A stretch of DNA of 64,000 nt from Fimicolochytrium jonesii. Lineage: Eukaryota. The DNA lies in the NCBI RefSeq assembly GCF_025526975.1, contig NW_026515671.1, forward strand, positions 186,001 to 250,000, given 5' to 3'. Positions within the stretch are counted from its first letter, which is position 1. The number at the start of each line of letters is the position of its first letter. Made by a program: the position numbers and the translations under genes. The notes under the pieces are model-generated. The model was not told the origin of the DNA. It worked only from the letters and a program-made list of their open reading frames with translations, and made no database searches. Of the stretch, positions 39,168 to 56,411 are shown piece after piece.

Positions 39168-39525
39168 GCTTTTTGGGTGAGGTCTGCTGGTGGTCTGGAT
39201 GCTGCTTCTGCTCTTTTGAAGGTTTCGGCTGCTCAGCATCGTAATACGCGTACGGCGACGACGGACAGTGTCGGTGGGTTTCGACAGCTTTCCAAGCCTT
39301 CTCCTTCTGCCTTTGACCAAGACGACAAGAAATAGTGGTTTGAGCATACGACAACGTTGTTAAGTTACAGCAAAAAATGATGTATAAAGAAGTGCTATGC
39401 ATGGGGGTACGCTATAAATATGCCCTGTTTTCAAACGGTAGCATCGACAAGCCCAGTGCCGACTTGGGGGCACGTGCCACTCCAATGCTATGCTGTTGCT
39501 GTGGGGAAGACTACCTACCCACAAC

Positions 39526-42043
39526 CTACGCCTCCGCAACCGTCTTCAAAAACACCTCAATCCCCGTCGTCCTCTCCCCCTCCTTCTTTACCCCCTCCTT
39601 TCCCCTTTTCCTCTTCCCCGCCTCCTTCTCGTCCACACTCGCCTCCAACGCTTTACTCACAACCTTCCTCAACCCGTCAACCCCACCCTTCACCTGCTTC
39701 TTCACCGCACCGGTCACAATCTTCTTTGTCGCGTCGTCCCCGCGTTCTAGGAGCGCGACGAAGATGAAGGCGGTGCCGGATGTGTTCCGTGGGGAGTGGG
39801 CGCAGAGGGTGAGCCAGTGTCCGACGTTCGGTTCGATCACCTTCACCAATGCAGCTGCAAACTGTTGTGATATCGCCGTTGTTTCCGGCGACGCTGCTGC
39901 GGGTTCCGATGGTGTTGATGATGCAGTGGTGGATTTGACACGCGGCGCGCGCGGGGAGATGATGTCCTTCAAGACGTAGGTGGATTGGCGGTTGATGAGG
40001 ACGTGTTGGGACATTTCGAGGCCTTCTGCGAGCTGTTTGGCTGCGTCGGCGTCAGCTTTGAGTTGTTTGACGGGGTGGAAGGGCTCATCGGATTTTGGAG
40101 TGGTTGTGTTGGAGTCCGAGTCGGTGCCGGCGGCGAGGGATGTGATGGCGGTGATGAGTGTGGATTTGTCGCCTGAAGATTGGGCGAATGTAACCAGTTT
40201 AGTCATATGTTTCACACACAAAAAAGGTCGAGTTCGACAAAGCTGGGGTACACACCTTCAGCATGGAACACAGTCTCCACCACCACCGGCCCCCCATTCC
40301 CATCCCTCACAAGCTCCGCACAGCTCTCCTCGCACGTCTTCACCAACGCCGGGCTAATCGCCTTGACCAACTGCTCCCTCCTCAACGTATCATCCTTCTT
40401 CGACGTCCTCGCCCGGATCTCATCCATCGACTCCAGCTCATTGATCACATACGCAGGCTGTATCCGCCTGTTCCTGCCCATAAGCAAGAACAACACCACA
40501 CGGCTCGCGTATCGATCGCGCAACAGGTCTGCGAATTCCGCCTCGGCGATCAGTTCACCGATGATGGCCTTTTCGACCAGGACCGTATCGTCGACGCACT
40601 CGAACACGGATAAGAGCACCGCGTGGCCGTACTGCTCTCTGGCAATCTTGGTAACAAACGTCTTGAACGATTTCACAATCAACTTCCTATCCTTCGGGGT
40701 CGCGTGCAGGAGACACAGTTGCGCGACACGGGCTCCCTCACGGGTATGCAATATCTGCACGAGATGGTCTTTGAGGAGCTCGATCATGTCCTTGATGTGT
40801 TTCTCTTCGGCAAAGGTGAGGTATTCGAGGAGGGCGCGGTGGACGATGGTGAGGTGGCCAATGTTTGTGAAGCCCTTTTCGAGGACGGAGTTGAGGACTT
40901 CGCGGAGGTGACGGACGACGCTGTCTTTTTTGACGGGGTTGTCGGCGATGAGGGATTCGATTGTGTGGCCTCCTGCGTTCTGGAATTCACAAAACGAAAC
41001 TTAAGTGCTTGAACCCACAAGTAATCCAATTGGTCAGCAACACTCATTCACACCCATACCTTCCAAAGCGCAAACTCCGGCCCATAGAACTCCTCCAGCA
41101 ACCGACTCCTCTGCTGCGCATTGCTCATAACATACGCCTCCTCTAAGATAACCGCCGCCTCCTTATGCCTGACCAATTTCCTAATCTTGCCATAAAAGTC
41201 CTTCACAACCAATGCGCGGTACTGCGGGGAGCAGTAGTTGAGGATCTTTGAGATGATGAAGCGCCCGTAAGTGGATTTCGAAAGCTCGGTGTAGTGCCCC
41301 TCGAGCTCCTTCGCGATGGCGTCGCGTTGGGATTGGTTGCCGTATTTGAGGGCGCATTGGATGATTCGGCTGGCGTCGTGTTTGAAGATGATCTGTGGGT
41401 GTTGTCAGTTTTCAGTATCCTAATCAACGGTAGCCTGCTCCAGCATGTTACTCACATCCTTAACCTTCCCCTCAATCAACGTCATCAACTCCGCCATCTG
41501 CTCCTTCCTCTCCTTAGCAGTGATCTTCTTCTGTCTGAGCTTCTCCCATATCGCTTTGGCGTTCTGGATCAGCGGTGCGTTGGGTTTGGCGGCTTTGCGT
41601 TCCGCCTGGGTGGCTTTTTGCTCTGCGCGGGATTGTTTTATTTTTTCCTCTGGGAGGTGGGAGGATGGTTAGTCTCTTAGAGTCACTTTGCCGGGGGGGG
41701 GACTCAGAACCGCACTGACAAAGACCGTACCTTCCTCAGCAGTCCGCTGCTTCTTCACCGCCGGTGCTTCCTCCCCACCGTCCTCATTATCCTCGTCCTC
41801 ATCCTCGCCCTCTCCCTCGCCATCAGACTCGTCTCCCTCCCCCTCCTCATCAAATCCCTCTCCCTCCCCATCGACTTCCATAGCGTCCTCGTTACCCTCC
41901 TCCGCGTCCTGGTCCTCCCATTCACCCTCGGACGAGAAGTCCTCGTTCACGTCCTCCTCCTTCTTCGCGACTTTCTTCTCCGTCTTCGCCGCTTTGCCGC
42001 CGGGTTTGGAATGCGCCTTCACGGCTGCCTTGGACTTGCTCAT
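39526..42043 (-). CDS. PUF6: Pumilio-homology nucleolar protein Puf6/PUM3, multi-exon
   Basis: Acidic/basic N-terminus, IFKHDASRIIQCALKYG, LVQILHTREGARVA..ATPKDRKLIVKSFK, YGHAVLL..VDDTVLV, TSKKDDTLRREQL. Confidence 0.93.
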
Positions 42044-42736
42044 GGCTATTGCGCGGGGGGTTGGCGTGGGGGGGCAAAATGCTCTCTTTCCAACGTTCAG
42101 AGCACAGGGCAGTAATGGAGGACCCCAAAAATGGCGAAGAAAGAATCAGCGAGCGAAAGGGGGTGCGAAAACATAATAGGGAACGCGCCGCGCCACGCCC
42201 CCGCGCCACTCAAGCCACGATGCTGTCAAAGTGTCGGAGACTGTCCCGTTCCCGCCACACCCACCACGCCCGATCCCCCGTCGGCGTCCCAGCCTCCCCT
42301 ATCCCTCTCTTGCAATGCGGATGTGCGGCGGGTACGGGGGGCTGGAAGCCTCGGACGAGTACTCGAATAAGCCGCCCGCAACAGTGACTTTCTTCCGCGG
42401 GATTTTCCCAATGAGTGGGGTCGGTGAACGTGCGTGTGCCGAGAACGGGATGGCGATTAAGATATGGATGGCATGCGGGATATATACTGTAGCTAGCTAT
42501 GCAGAGGGGGCCGGTGGATACCACACGGTGAAAAGCGTCGATCGTCGCGTCAAGTCCCCAGTGAGATGGTGGATGGATGCAGCCACCATCGGGCCTGATA
42601 GCGCACAGCACATCGGAAGAGGGAGGTGGTAACACTCCCGAACTCTCCGCCGACAGCCCGCTGGTTTTTGGTGCTCGGCGTCTGGTGGACATACTCAGTG
42701 GGATCATGCTCTTGAGCAACGGTTATACTGTACAGT

Positions 42737-42931
42737 ACATCGACTGGCGAGAAACGGACCCCCTTCGGTTTTTCGCCGCTGTCGAAAATTTGGCAGTCAT
42801 TCACCCTCAATATCTTGTTTGCTCGCTTCGCACTCACAAAACCACCGATTCCAATTGTTTTCCCTCATATTAACCCATATGAACCATACTCTTATATACG
42901 TGAAAACCCCACAACATAAATATAAATACAT
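42737..42931 (+). repeat. ~195-bp dispersed direct repeat, copy 1
   Basis: acatcgactggcgagaaacgg...cacaacataaatataaatacat; about ten differences (by eye) from 45676-45871. Confidence 0.95.
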
Positions 42932-45675
42932 CAGTTCAGCGACGAAGAACTACGTTCCATCCGACATGAGCTAACGGATCACGTAGCCCAACATCGCGCA
43001 GAAGCACTACGCCTGTGGGAAGAATCTCGAGCCGCAGAAACTAGCCAGCTCACCCCACCGGCGGGCCGGCACTGAGACATATGTGCAGACTGCTGATATC
43101 GATGCACATGTGGTGAAAGTGTCTAGATAGTAAGTCTTGTCGCCGGGCTTACTGAAGGGTTTCCACCGGCGGTTGTTCTTGAGCTTGTCATCCGCGATCA
43201 GCGATTTGAAGGCTGAGCATGCTAAATCATACGCGGGATGTTCTTCGAGCACTTTTAACACAGTGCCGACATCCACACTGATATCATGGGAGGAAGGTTG
43301 GCAGGGTTGTGCGGGAATGGCGCCGAGTGACTCTAGCATGGCGCTACTGAAGAGGGACCATTTGGCTTTCTCCAAGGAATGTCTTCCCCAACTGAGCAGT
43401 GTTGTATACCGGGGAGGAAGCCTTGTCGTTGCATTTCGTAACATAGGAACTCCAGAATGGAAGGGTTGAGATAGACGATACTACCGCGTCCTCGATATTA
43501 TCCACGCAAACGCCAAGTAAAGTAGGATGCCAAAACGGACGTTACGACGACATAGACGCGGTCAATAAATCTTTGTGGCCAGCAGAAGTCACCGGCTGCC
43601 GTCTAGCCATTGCGTGGTTGACCGGGGGCCGGCCAGCCGCCATTACTAACCTAGGTAGTAGCCCAAATGCCGTCAATTTCGACGCGCCCGTCGTAACGTC
43701 CGTTTTGGCATCCTACTGTATGTCCTTCGCATCTGATACTTGCGACGAGCTTCCCATGTGAGCGGGGCTCCAATGAGGAACCGAGCGCATCAGTCTCAGT
43801 TGTGCTCTCTGATGCAGCATCATGCAAAACGAAGTCTGACACCGGTGATGGCCCGCGGGTATCTTTCCTTTTGAACGCGTGCTCGCTTCACACGCTGTTC
43901 CAGCTCCAGCGTTGATTCTTCCCCGTAAGCCGCGTGTTTTCGAAGAGCTTGGGTTTGCAGCTTGTGACGAGAGAACAGGTTTCTCCCAATGAGTTGTCCA
44001 TTCTTCGTTCTTGAACTTCCGTGATGACACAAGTAAATCTCCTTGGGCTTCGATTGTTAAATATCCGGAACGGGGACTTACATCGAATCTACAAGCCTCG
44101 TCTATAGATTTTCTTCATTTTCTCTTTCTTTGGCCCCCCGCACGGTATCCAAGCGTTTGGTTGCCTGTTCTACCGCTTTGCCATAAAATAGTTGCGCGGA
44201 GGTTTCGTTGAAAAGGTTGAAGTACTGGGAGAACCTCAAGGGATCCACCCTTCCCTCCTTCAACCTATTCCACACATATTCATCCATGTCCTACAGCTCA
44301 ACGAAACGGGGATTAGCATGGGTAGATATGAATAACTTTCTAAACACAGTCAAGGAACATGTGTGGTTCGGAGGAGTTGGAAGCCCGCACCCGCTGCATC
44401 TTGACCGCCGAAGGAGAAAAGGAAGGGAGTGCGAGCCATCTTATCACCAGCTCGTGGCGAGCCAGCGCCATACTGCCCGTGCCGGCCCCTACCCACCCGT
44501 GGGTCCTTACGGAGGTTTCAGCACGCCAAGGCCTTGTTTAGACAAAGCCCTGACATTGACCGCAACGCCATCGACTACCCAGCCGATAGTACAGAGCCAG
44601 TCCAAGTATTCTTACCTTCTGGGTTTTGATGCTGGTTGCTGCCTGATGAGGGACGATGAGGGACGAGCGTGCAAGAAGGGGCCATGGTTGGACGCGTGTC
44701 GACGAGATGCCTGGCCCGAGCTGTCTGTCTTCCACAGCAGAACACTTCACTGGGCCTTCGGACGCCCTTCCGTCGGACTCTCCGTCGGACTGCACAGTCG
44801 GGCACACGCGCGCAGCCACCCGGGCCTGGACGGTGAACATGACATATCAAACAGCTCGTGAACCACGCGAGAGCACCAGAGAGAGAGCGAGTCTCTACCA
44901 TTCATCCTCCTCCTCCTCCTCATCGTTGTTACCACCACCGCTGGACCGGCCTCCCTGTTCACCCATCTTGGCGGAAAACGTCAGGGTCGTTTCTCCTTGC
45001 GAGTGACAGCGGCCATTCTGAGCAATAGCGGATTCCTCCTCCTCGTGGGGACTTCTTGTGGTCTCGCTTCACATTGGTATCTGAACACGCGTTACGGGTG
45101 AAGCTGCTCGTCATAGGGAAGGGGGACAGCGAAGGGGGAGGAGGGCGACCATGATGGCACCGAAAAGCCTTCCCCGAAGACGGCGGTCTCTGGTTACACC
45201 GGCGGCCTAACGGGGAACTGCAAAGCCGGGCTTGCAGAAGAAGGCCAAGAAGGGGGTCGCGATCCCCGGTGAAGCGACCGAGTGGCAGGAAAGCAATGAA
45301 GCGTTCCCTTGTAGAGACGTAAGATCACACACGGCGTGGGAGTTGGGGAGTTCATCTTGTATAATCCTATATTGTGCTATTGTGCTGTGCAGACATGTGG
45401 AAAGCGAAGTATCGTGGTCATATAGTGTGCCATTGCGTCGACGAGATTGGGGTTCCTGTATTTACCTCGTCCAACTTGTATACTGGGCAATTGCAAGGGA
45501 TTCCGATTCCGCTCCGTGGAATCCCTTGCGATACGGCACGGCACGCTTTGCCTGATAGAAGCAGCCTTGGTTTCATTTTCGTGTTGAACGAACGATAAAC
45601 GATACGCAGCCCGATAAGATACATTTTCGTGTACGACTTTCAATATTGTAAACGTCGGGAGATCTGCCGACATGG
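42932..45675 (-). pseudogene. Decayed coding-like sequence of unknown family between the direct repeats
   Basis: Protein-like minus-strand fragments broken by stops (MDEYVWNRLKEGRVDPLRFSQYFNLF.., VLKVLEEHPAYDLACSAFKSLIADDKLKNNRRWKPF.., NNDEEEEEDEW); no domain recognised. Confidence 0.4.
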
Positions 45676-45871
45676 ACATCGACTGGCGAGAAACGGGCCC
45701 CCTTCGGCTTTTCCGCCGCTGTCGAAAATTTGGCAGCCATTCACCCTCAATATCTTGTTGGCTCGCTTCGCACTCGCAAAACCACCGATTCCAATTGTTT
45801 TCCCCCATATTAACCCATATTAACCATACTCTTATATACGTGGAAAACCCACAACATAAATATAAGTACAT
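45676..45871 (+). repeat. ~195-bp dispersed direct repeat, copy 2
   Basis: Same orientation as 42737-42931; AT-rich 3' end. Confidence 0.95.
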
Positions 45872-46171
45872 AAATTTATATACGGGGGGATATATATAGG
45901 TATGCGAGGGTAGGCGCCGTCCAAGTGTAGGTTTGTGCGCAGCCTCTCGTTTCCGGTTGGCGTGAAAAATTAAATGTACGCGAGGGGGGTTAACTGCCGT
46001 TGCTTAGGTGAGGGTGAGCTGTTGAATGTTTCTATCTTTGGCGTGTTGTCCCCCCCCCCCCCCCCCCCCCCCCCATCTGAGAATGGTCCTGCGTGCTCAT
46101 ATTCCGCTCATATTCCTCCGTTCGGGGGGGGTGGTCGGTTCCGACTGTTCTCCCAAGACACTTCCGCTCCG

Positions 46172-47656
46172 CTACCGCCCCCCGCCAAGAGAAAACCTCT
46201 CAAACAGATCCCCCGGCACGCTCCAATCCTCCGGATCCCACGGGTTCCCCCTGCACACCGTCCTATGGACCAGCTCTCCCGTCAAGGCCGTGATATCCAT
46301 CCGGGGTGCGAATCGTGCGATGCGGTCGCGGAGGAGGGCTGACGTTGGGTGTTGTTCTGTGGTGGTGGTGGGAGAGCAGGGAGTGTTGGGTTCGACCTCG
46401 TCTTTGATGGCGATTGAGGCGCGTGGGGAGGGGAGGTTTCCGGGTGAGGTGACGGGGGAGCGGGAGGGTGGGGAGGGAAAGGGGGAGGGTTCGAGTGGGG
46501 TTGGGGGGAGTTTGTCCTCGGAGGTTGTGGTTGTGGTGGGTGAGACGGATCCTGACGCTGGTGCTGCGACGGGGGATGCGGTAAGTGCGCTGGTTGATGG
46601 GTGCATCTGGGGCGTGCCAGGGAAGCTGGGGTCGGGGGAGGACATGTAAGATGCGTGGCTTGTGTTTCGTTGCGGATGTTGGTTGTAGTGATTGTTGTTG
46701 TGGTGGTGGTGGTGGTGGTGGTGCTGGGGAACGAAACCGGCCTGTAGTTCGGCCAGGGCTTTTGCGGCGATCATGACTGCGTCTTGGCCCGTATGTTGTT
46801 GCAGTTGTTGCTGTTGTTTTTGTTGTTGTGCGGCGGTGACGTGTTTGCCGACGTCGGGTATCCACGAGGAGAAGGTGAATGCGAGCAGGTTCTGGAGTTG
46901 ACGCGCTTCCTGGATGATCTGGGAGCGTTCGTGGCCGAGACTTGCGACTTGCAGGCGTAAGGCGCGAAGTTCGGCTTGCGTGTCCAGTGCCTGCTGTGAC
47001 CTGCGTTCTTTGATTCAGAGAGGGAGAAATAAAAGACATTAGATTGATGGTCGCGCGAAAACAAAAAGGTAAAAGTCAAAATAAAATGCTGCGCGAGTAG
47101 GATTCGATGTGTGGTCCATCAAACGCCAAACGAAGCCCGAAGCGAAGCGAAGGATGGTCGGTCACGGCTGATGGATGAAACGATAGCCTGCTCGCTCCGC
47201 TGGCGAAGAGGATGTTGTGGCGGGGAGGAGCGTAGCTCGCTTCGCTCGCTAAAAGATCTGTCGCTCCGCTCGTTGCAGTCCGCATTCGTTCCGCGAATCA
47301 ACCTTGCGCCTCCGGCGCAATCCCGCCGGGCTCCGCCCAAACTCTCGCTTCGCTCGATACCCCCTCCCTGCTCGTCGTCGGTCGGTCGAACGCCTACCTC
47401 TAAGAGCCTTCTGAGCCTGCCTATTCTTCTCCTTCCTATGAGCGGCCATATCGGTGATGAAAGGGTTCCTCTTTGCGCCGGGCTTCCTCTTTGTGGGATT
47501 GAGGCCTCCGTCCTTGGTATCGACGGAGGAAGAAGCGACGGGAGGGTTCTGAGGCAAGTTCTCGCTGAGCATCGGACTGTCTGGGCGGGTTGAGGTTGAG
47601 TCACCCATTGAGGAGAGGGACATCGTGTCGTTGAAGGAGTCTTCAGTTTTTGTCAT
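46172..47656 (-). CDS. Yap/AP-1-like bZIP transcription factor, 2 exons
   Basis: Intron 47008-47397 joins RKEKNRQAQKALRE to RRSQQALDTQAELRALRLQVASLGHERSQIIQEARQLQNLL (basic region plus zipper); polyQ/polyH tracts; C-terminal DITALTGELVHRTVCRGNPWDPEDWSVP..F. Start uncertain (47656 or upstream in-frame ATGs to 47776). Confidence 0.85.
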
Positions 47657-47690
<34 letters not shown>

Positions 47691-47700
47691 GGCGAGAGAG

Positions 47701-47731
<31 letters not shown>
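47656..47731. repeat. Compound microsatellite (GTT)n then (GA)n
   Basis: ttgttgttgttgtcgttgttgtt... followed by gagagagagcgagagaga... Confidence 0.9.
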
Positions 47732-47734
<3 letters not shown>

Positions 47735-48220
47735 AAAACGCGTCTCCGTCATGAGCTGCATCTCGCTGGTTGTCATCCTGGTTGGTTGTCATCGCTGCCT
47801 GCCTGCCCGCTTGCTTTCTGTCTCCCTTCGCTTTGAGTGTGAGTGTCATCATCAACATGCTCCCCCTGCGCCACCCGCACTGTGCCACTCGCTGCGCCAC
47901 TCCCTCGCACTCATCACGTGACTTCTGCATCTCTCTTTCCTTTCGTTTCCCCGCCGCCGCCGCCGCCCAATGAGCGACTTGGTAAATAAAGGACGGATTT
48001 GAATTCAATCCAATCAACGACAGAAGACGGCTCGCCCACAGCCCACAGCCCACAACCATTCTTCCCCTTCTTTCCCTCCCTCCCTCCCTGTCGCCCCCCA
48101 GTAACTTATTCCTGACTCCGATAACTACTCTACTCTACTCGACAGAAAAAGAGAGAGACCCAACAACAACAACAACAACCACTTACACACCCCACTTACA
48201 CAATCCAGACGCATATTGGA

Positions 48221-50664
<2,444 letters not shown>

Positions 50665-52606
50665 ACTGTCACAAGCGCTGCCACAAGCTCGTCATCGCAG
50701 AACGCGTTCACATTGTCGACACTACACACCCACACCCCCCTCCTCCCTCTTCATTCATCGCCCCGTTCTTTTCCCGCGCCGCGCGCCTCGCTATCACGCA
50801 TCCAAACACGTCATACCTTCCCCACGACACAGCACCCCGACAGGAAAAATGAAACCCTCCTTCCCTCCCACACCCTGGGGTCTCACGCACGATACCCCAG
50901 CCTCCCTCGATAGATATTCGACCCCTCGGACAACAACCACCACCGCACCTGTACACACAAAACACCGACCGAAACGATATTTATTCCCCCCCCCCCCCCC
51001 CGCGACCGTTAATTTTATTTTTCCAACTTTTTGTCTGGTGTTCCCATCGCCGTGTCACACACACACCTCCCTCCTTGGTCTGACGGACCCCCCCCCACCC
51101 GATTCATTTTAGACGCGCAACACACAAAACGCAGTGCGCGACTCCCCGCGGAAACGAATGTTTGTTTTTTTTTCTTTTTTTTCTTTGTGATTTGCTAAGT
51201 TGGTTTGGTATTTTGTTGTTTTCTTTATTTCATGGCGTGTTAGTGCGGTTTCTTCGCTTTTTTTTTTCTTTGTATTTTATATTTTTTGTGGGTGGGCGTG
51301 TGTGCACAATTCTATGCTGTCTTTTTCGTATGTTGTTCAGGTTTCCTGGTCGTGTGTGGGTGTGGGTGGAGGAGTAGCTCCCCCCCGGCGGATTGAACTG
51401 ACCACTGCGCTGTTCCAAAGAACTGTCGAGCTACAGTACTTACATGCAACGGGCCCCACTTTGTTTCGAAGGAGGAGGAGCACGCGTGGCAAAGGCGTCT
51501 GACCACCCCCCGCACACCGCTCGCGATTGCTTTGCCTCTGGAGAGAGAAACTCCCCGACCCGTGACTTGACGGAGCGAAGAGAAGCATGCCGCGGTATCG
51601 GGCGGCCGTCCACGACACGCCAAACGTAACATCTGCCCTCTCATGCATAGCGTTGGAAGGGCATATCCGGCGGTAAGGTTTTGGCACATCAAACCCGCCC
51701 CGAAGGCAGACCGGCAGAAGTAGGAAAAATGCTGGGACAGGCCGGGTTTAACCCCCCTACAGTACCGCATCACCAGCATCTCCCCCCCCCTCCCCCCCCC
51801 CCCGGAAATCGTACTCTGATCGAGATGCTGGAGTGGCCGAGTCCAGTCCGGTCACCCTGAACTTTGTCGTCTGGTGCTGGTGGGCGTTCGACACCTACCG
51901 TACGCTTCCTGAGACAAGACCCAGCTCCAACGTCCAGCTTCGTTTTCCGATGGCCCTCCTCCCGATATATCCTGCCCGCTCGCGCGTTCTTCAGTGCCCG
52001 GTCCGTTCGTCTATGGGAAGACTGTGTGTGTACAGGCTGCAACCGTAAGTGTATGGCGAGAGGATCCACGAACACTTATGCCCGGATGGATTGCGTCCCG
52101 GTCGTTGGTTGAAGATGCGAGGGACTGCGGCGATGGCTGTGGTTGTGGTCTGGTTCACTGGGAGGCGGCGTCACCTCTTTCAGTTCTTTGTTCCATCTGT
52201 ATGTAATGTCCAGGGCATAGGCCACCCACGATAAGGTGGCAGAGAAGACTTGGGGGGACAAATGGGGATGGCGCCTTGCTTCGCTGTCGTATTCGTGTGA
52301 GCTCGTTCTGCAAAAAAGTCGCTTTTCCGACCTGGAGCAGTTCTAGCCCACATCCACTTCATCGCCGACGACCCCCCCCCGACAACCAAACAAATCGACT
52401 ACCGCAGGCTTCGGCACCCACGCTCGGGGTGTAAGCACTTCACTTCTCACACGCCCGAAACCTCTCCCTCGGCAGTAGACGCCCGTGTTCCCCGTTCCAT
52501 TGCGCGGATCAACTCAACCCCCAACCCTCATTAAGCAGCTGGGGTTCAGTCCGACCGAAACCCACCACCCAAAAAACCACTTTGAATCAGAGAAAGCACA
52601 CAAAGG

Positions 52607-53194
52607 ATGATACCCCCCCGCCTCGCCACCCGCCTCCACGCACGGCCACCACCCCGAGCGCGGCGGCCCCATCCGCCTCGGAGATCACACCACACCCACA
52701 CCCGCGCACCACCCCCATCGGCGCATCCCCCGCTGTCCCCGCTCCTCCTCCTCCCGCTCCCCCTCCTCCTCACCCTCCACAACACCCATGCGCACCCCCT
52801 CGACTGCTCGCCCACCTTCCAGGGCGTCCCCGTCGCCGCGACATTCCTGATGCATCAGGCCCTCCCGCGCTTCGACAGGCAATTCCCCGGCCTGGAACTC
52901 TCCCCCGTCTTCGACATGGCGCGCCCGGAGGAGTACAGCTACACCGAGCGCGGCGGGGTGTTTGCCGTGCTCGGCGTCGTGGATGAGGCCGTGGTCGTGC
53001 TGCCCGTGTTTGAGAAGCTGCCGCAGGTCGAGGAGGCGAGGTTGGGCGCCGCGGGCATTCGGAAGATGCCCGTGGGCCGGTGTGAGTTGGTCGGGAGGTG
53101 TAGGTTGGGCTGTGCGAAGGTGGAGTTGGTGGGGATGAGGGTGCTGAAGGGGAATGGGGAGTGTGTTTGGGAGTGGAGGAAGAAGGGGAGTTGA
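52607..53194 (+). CDS. Hypothetical protein (195 aa) with Arg/Pro-rich presequence-like N-terminus
   Basis: ATG-initiated ORF showing the same C-rich then G-rich codon pattern as neighbouring real genes; globular-looking C-terminal half; no family recognised. Confidence 0.55.
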   Translation: MIPPRLATRLHARPPPRARRPHPPRRSHHTHTRAPPPSAHPPLSPLLLLPLPLLLTLHNTHAHPLDCSPTFQGVPVAATFLMHQALPRFDRQFPGLELSPVFDMARPEEYSYTERGGVFAVLGVVDEAVVVLPVFEKLPQVEEARLGAAGIRKMPVGRCELVGRCRLGCAKVELVGMRVLKGNGECVWEWRKKGS

Positions 53195-53521
53195 TTGGTC
53201 GACGAGAGGGGAATGGCCCCCCCCCCACCCCCCCCGCCCGCCGTTTGTGGGAGGATGTGGGACCCGCCTGTAATACAATCTAGTCAACCAGCATAGAAAA
53301 CCCGTCTGGTAGAATCCCATCTGCTCCGACAATACGCCCAATATACATGAACGATATCTCAACCGTCACTACGGATAGGACCACCCATGTCCCAGGAATG
53401 AACAGCAAATGCAATATGGAAATGAGATGCAGAAATACAACAACATGCGGCTTATGTGTATAAATAACGAAGTACAAGTGAACCCACCGGTCCACCCCGC
53501 CTCACCCCTCACCCCTCCCAC

Positions 53522-56032
<2,511 letters not shown>

Positions 56033-56411
56033 GGTTCTGTTATGGCAGGCCTATGATGAAAGCGTGGGGGAGCAGCTCGCTCGCTCGCAGCCTGAGCGTC
56101 CTTTTTTTTGAAGGCGACTGGGGAGGTCAGCAGGGCGGCGGATCGACGGCAAAATGTGACAGCGCGCATCAACCGTCACGTTGCTCATCCGCTGCACCCC
56201 TCTCTATTAGATAGACTGGGCTCGGAGCATTTCCCTTTGACGTGTACTGACTTTCCCGCTGGTTTGCCTTATTGGAATATACTTTGCGACATAATCGTTA
56301 CTTTCTTCACGTCACAGTGGGTCAAGCGCTTGCGAGGAAAAGTGGCGTGCCGCAGGTGGGCAGCATATAATTGGCCCGAAACAGCTGCTCTTCTTTCTGT
56401 CAGTCGTGTGC

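Noticed and set aside
46049..46074. Long poly-C run (similar runs near 50987 and 51782)
   Set aside because: Homopolymers in UTR/intergenic DNA; length unreliable and no specific function supportable
47165..47185. ctgatggatgaaac resembling a hammerhead ribozyme core
   Set aside because: CUGAUGA is not matched and there is no stem II between the core halves
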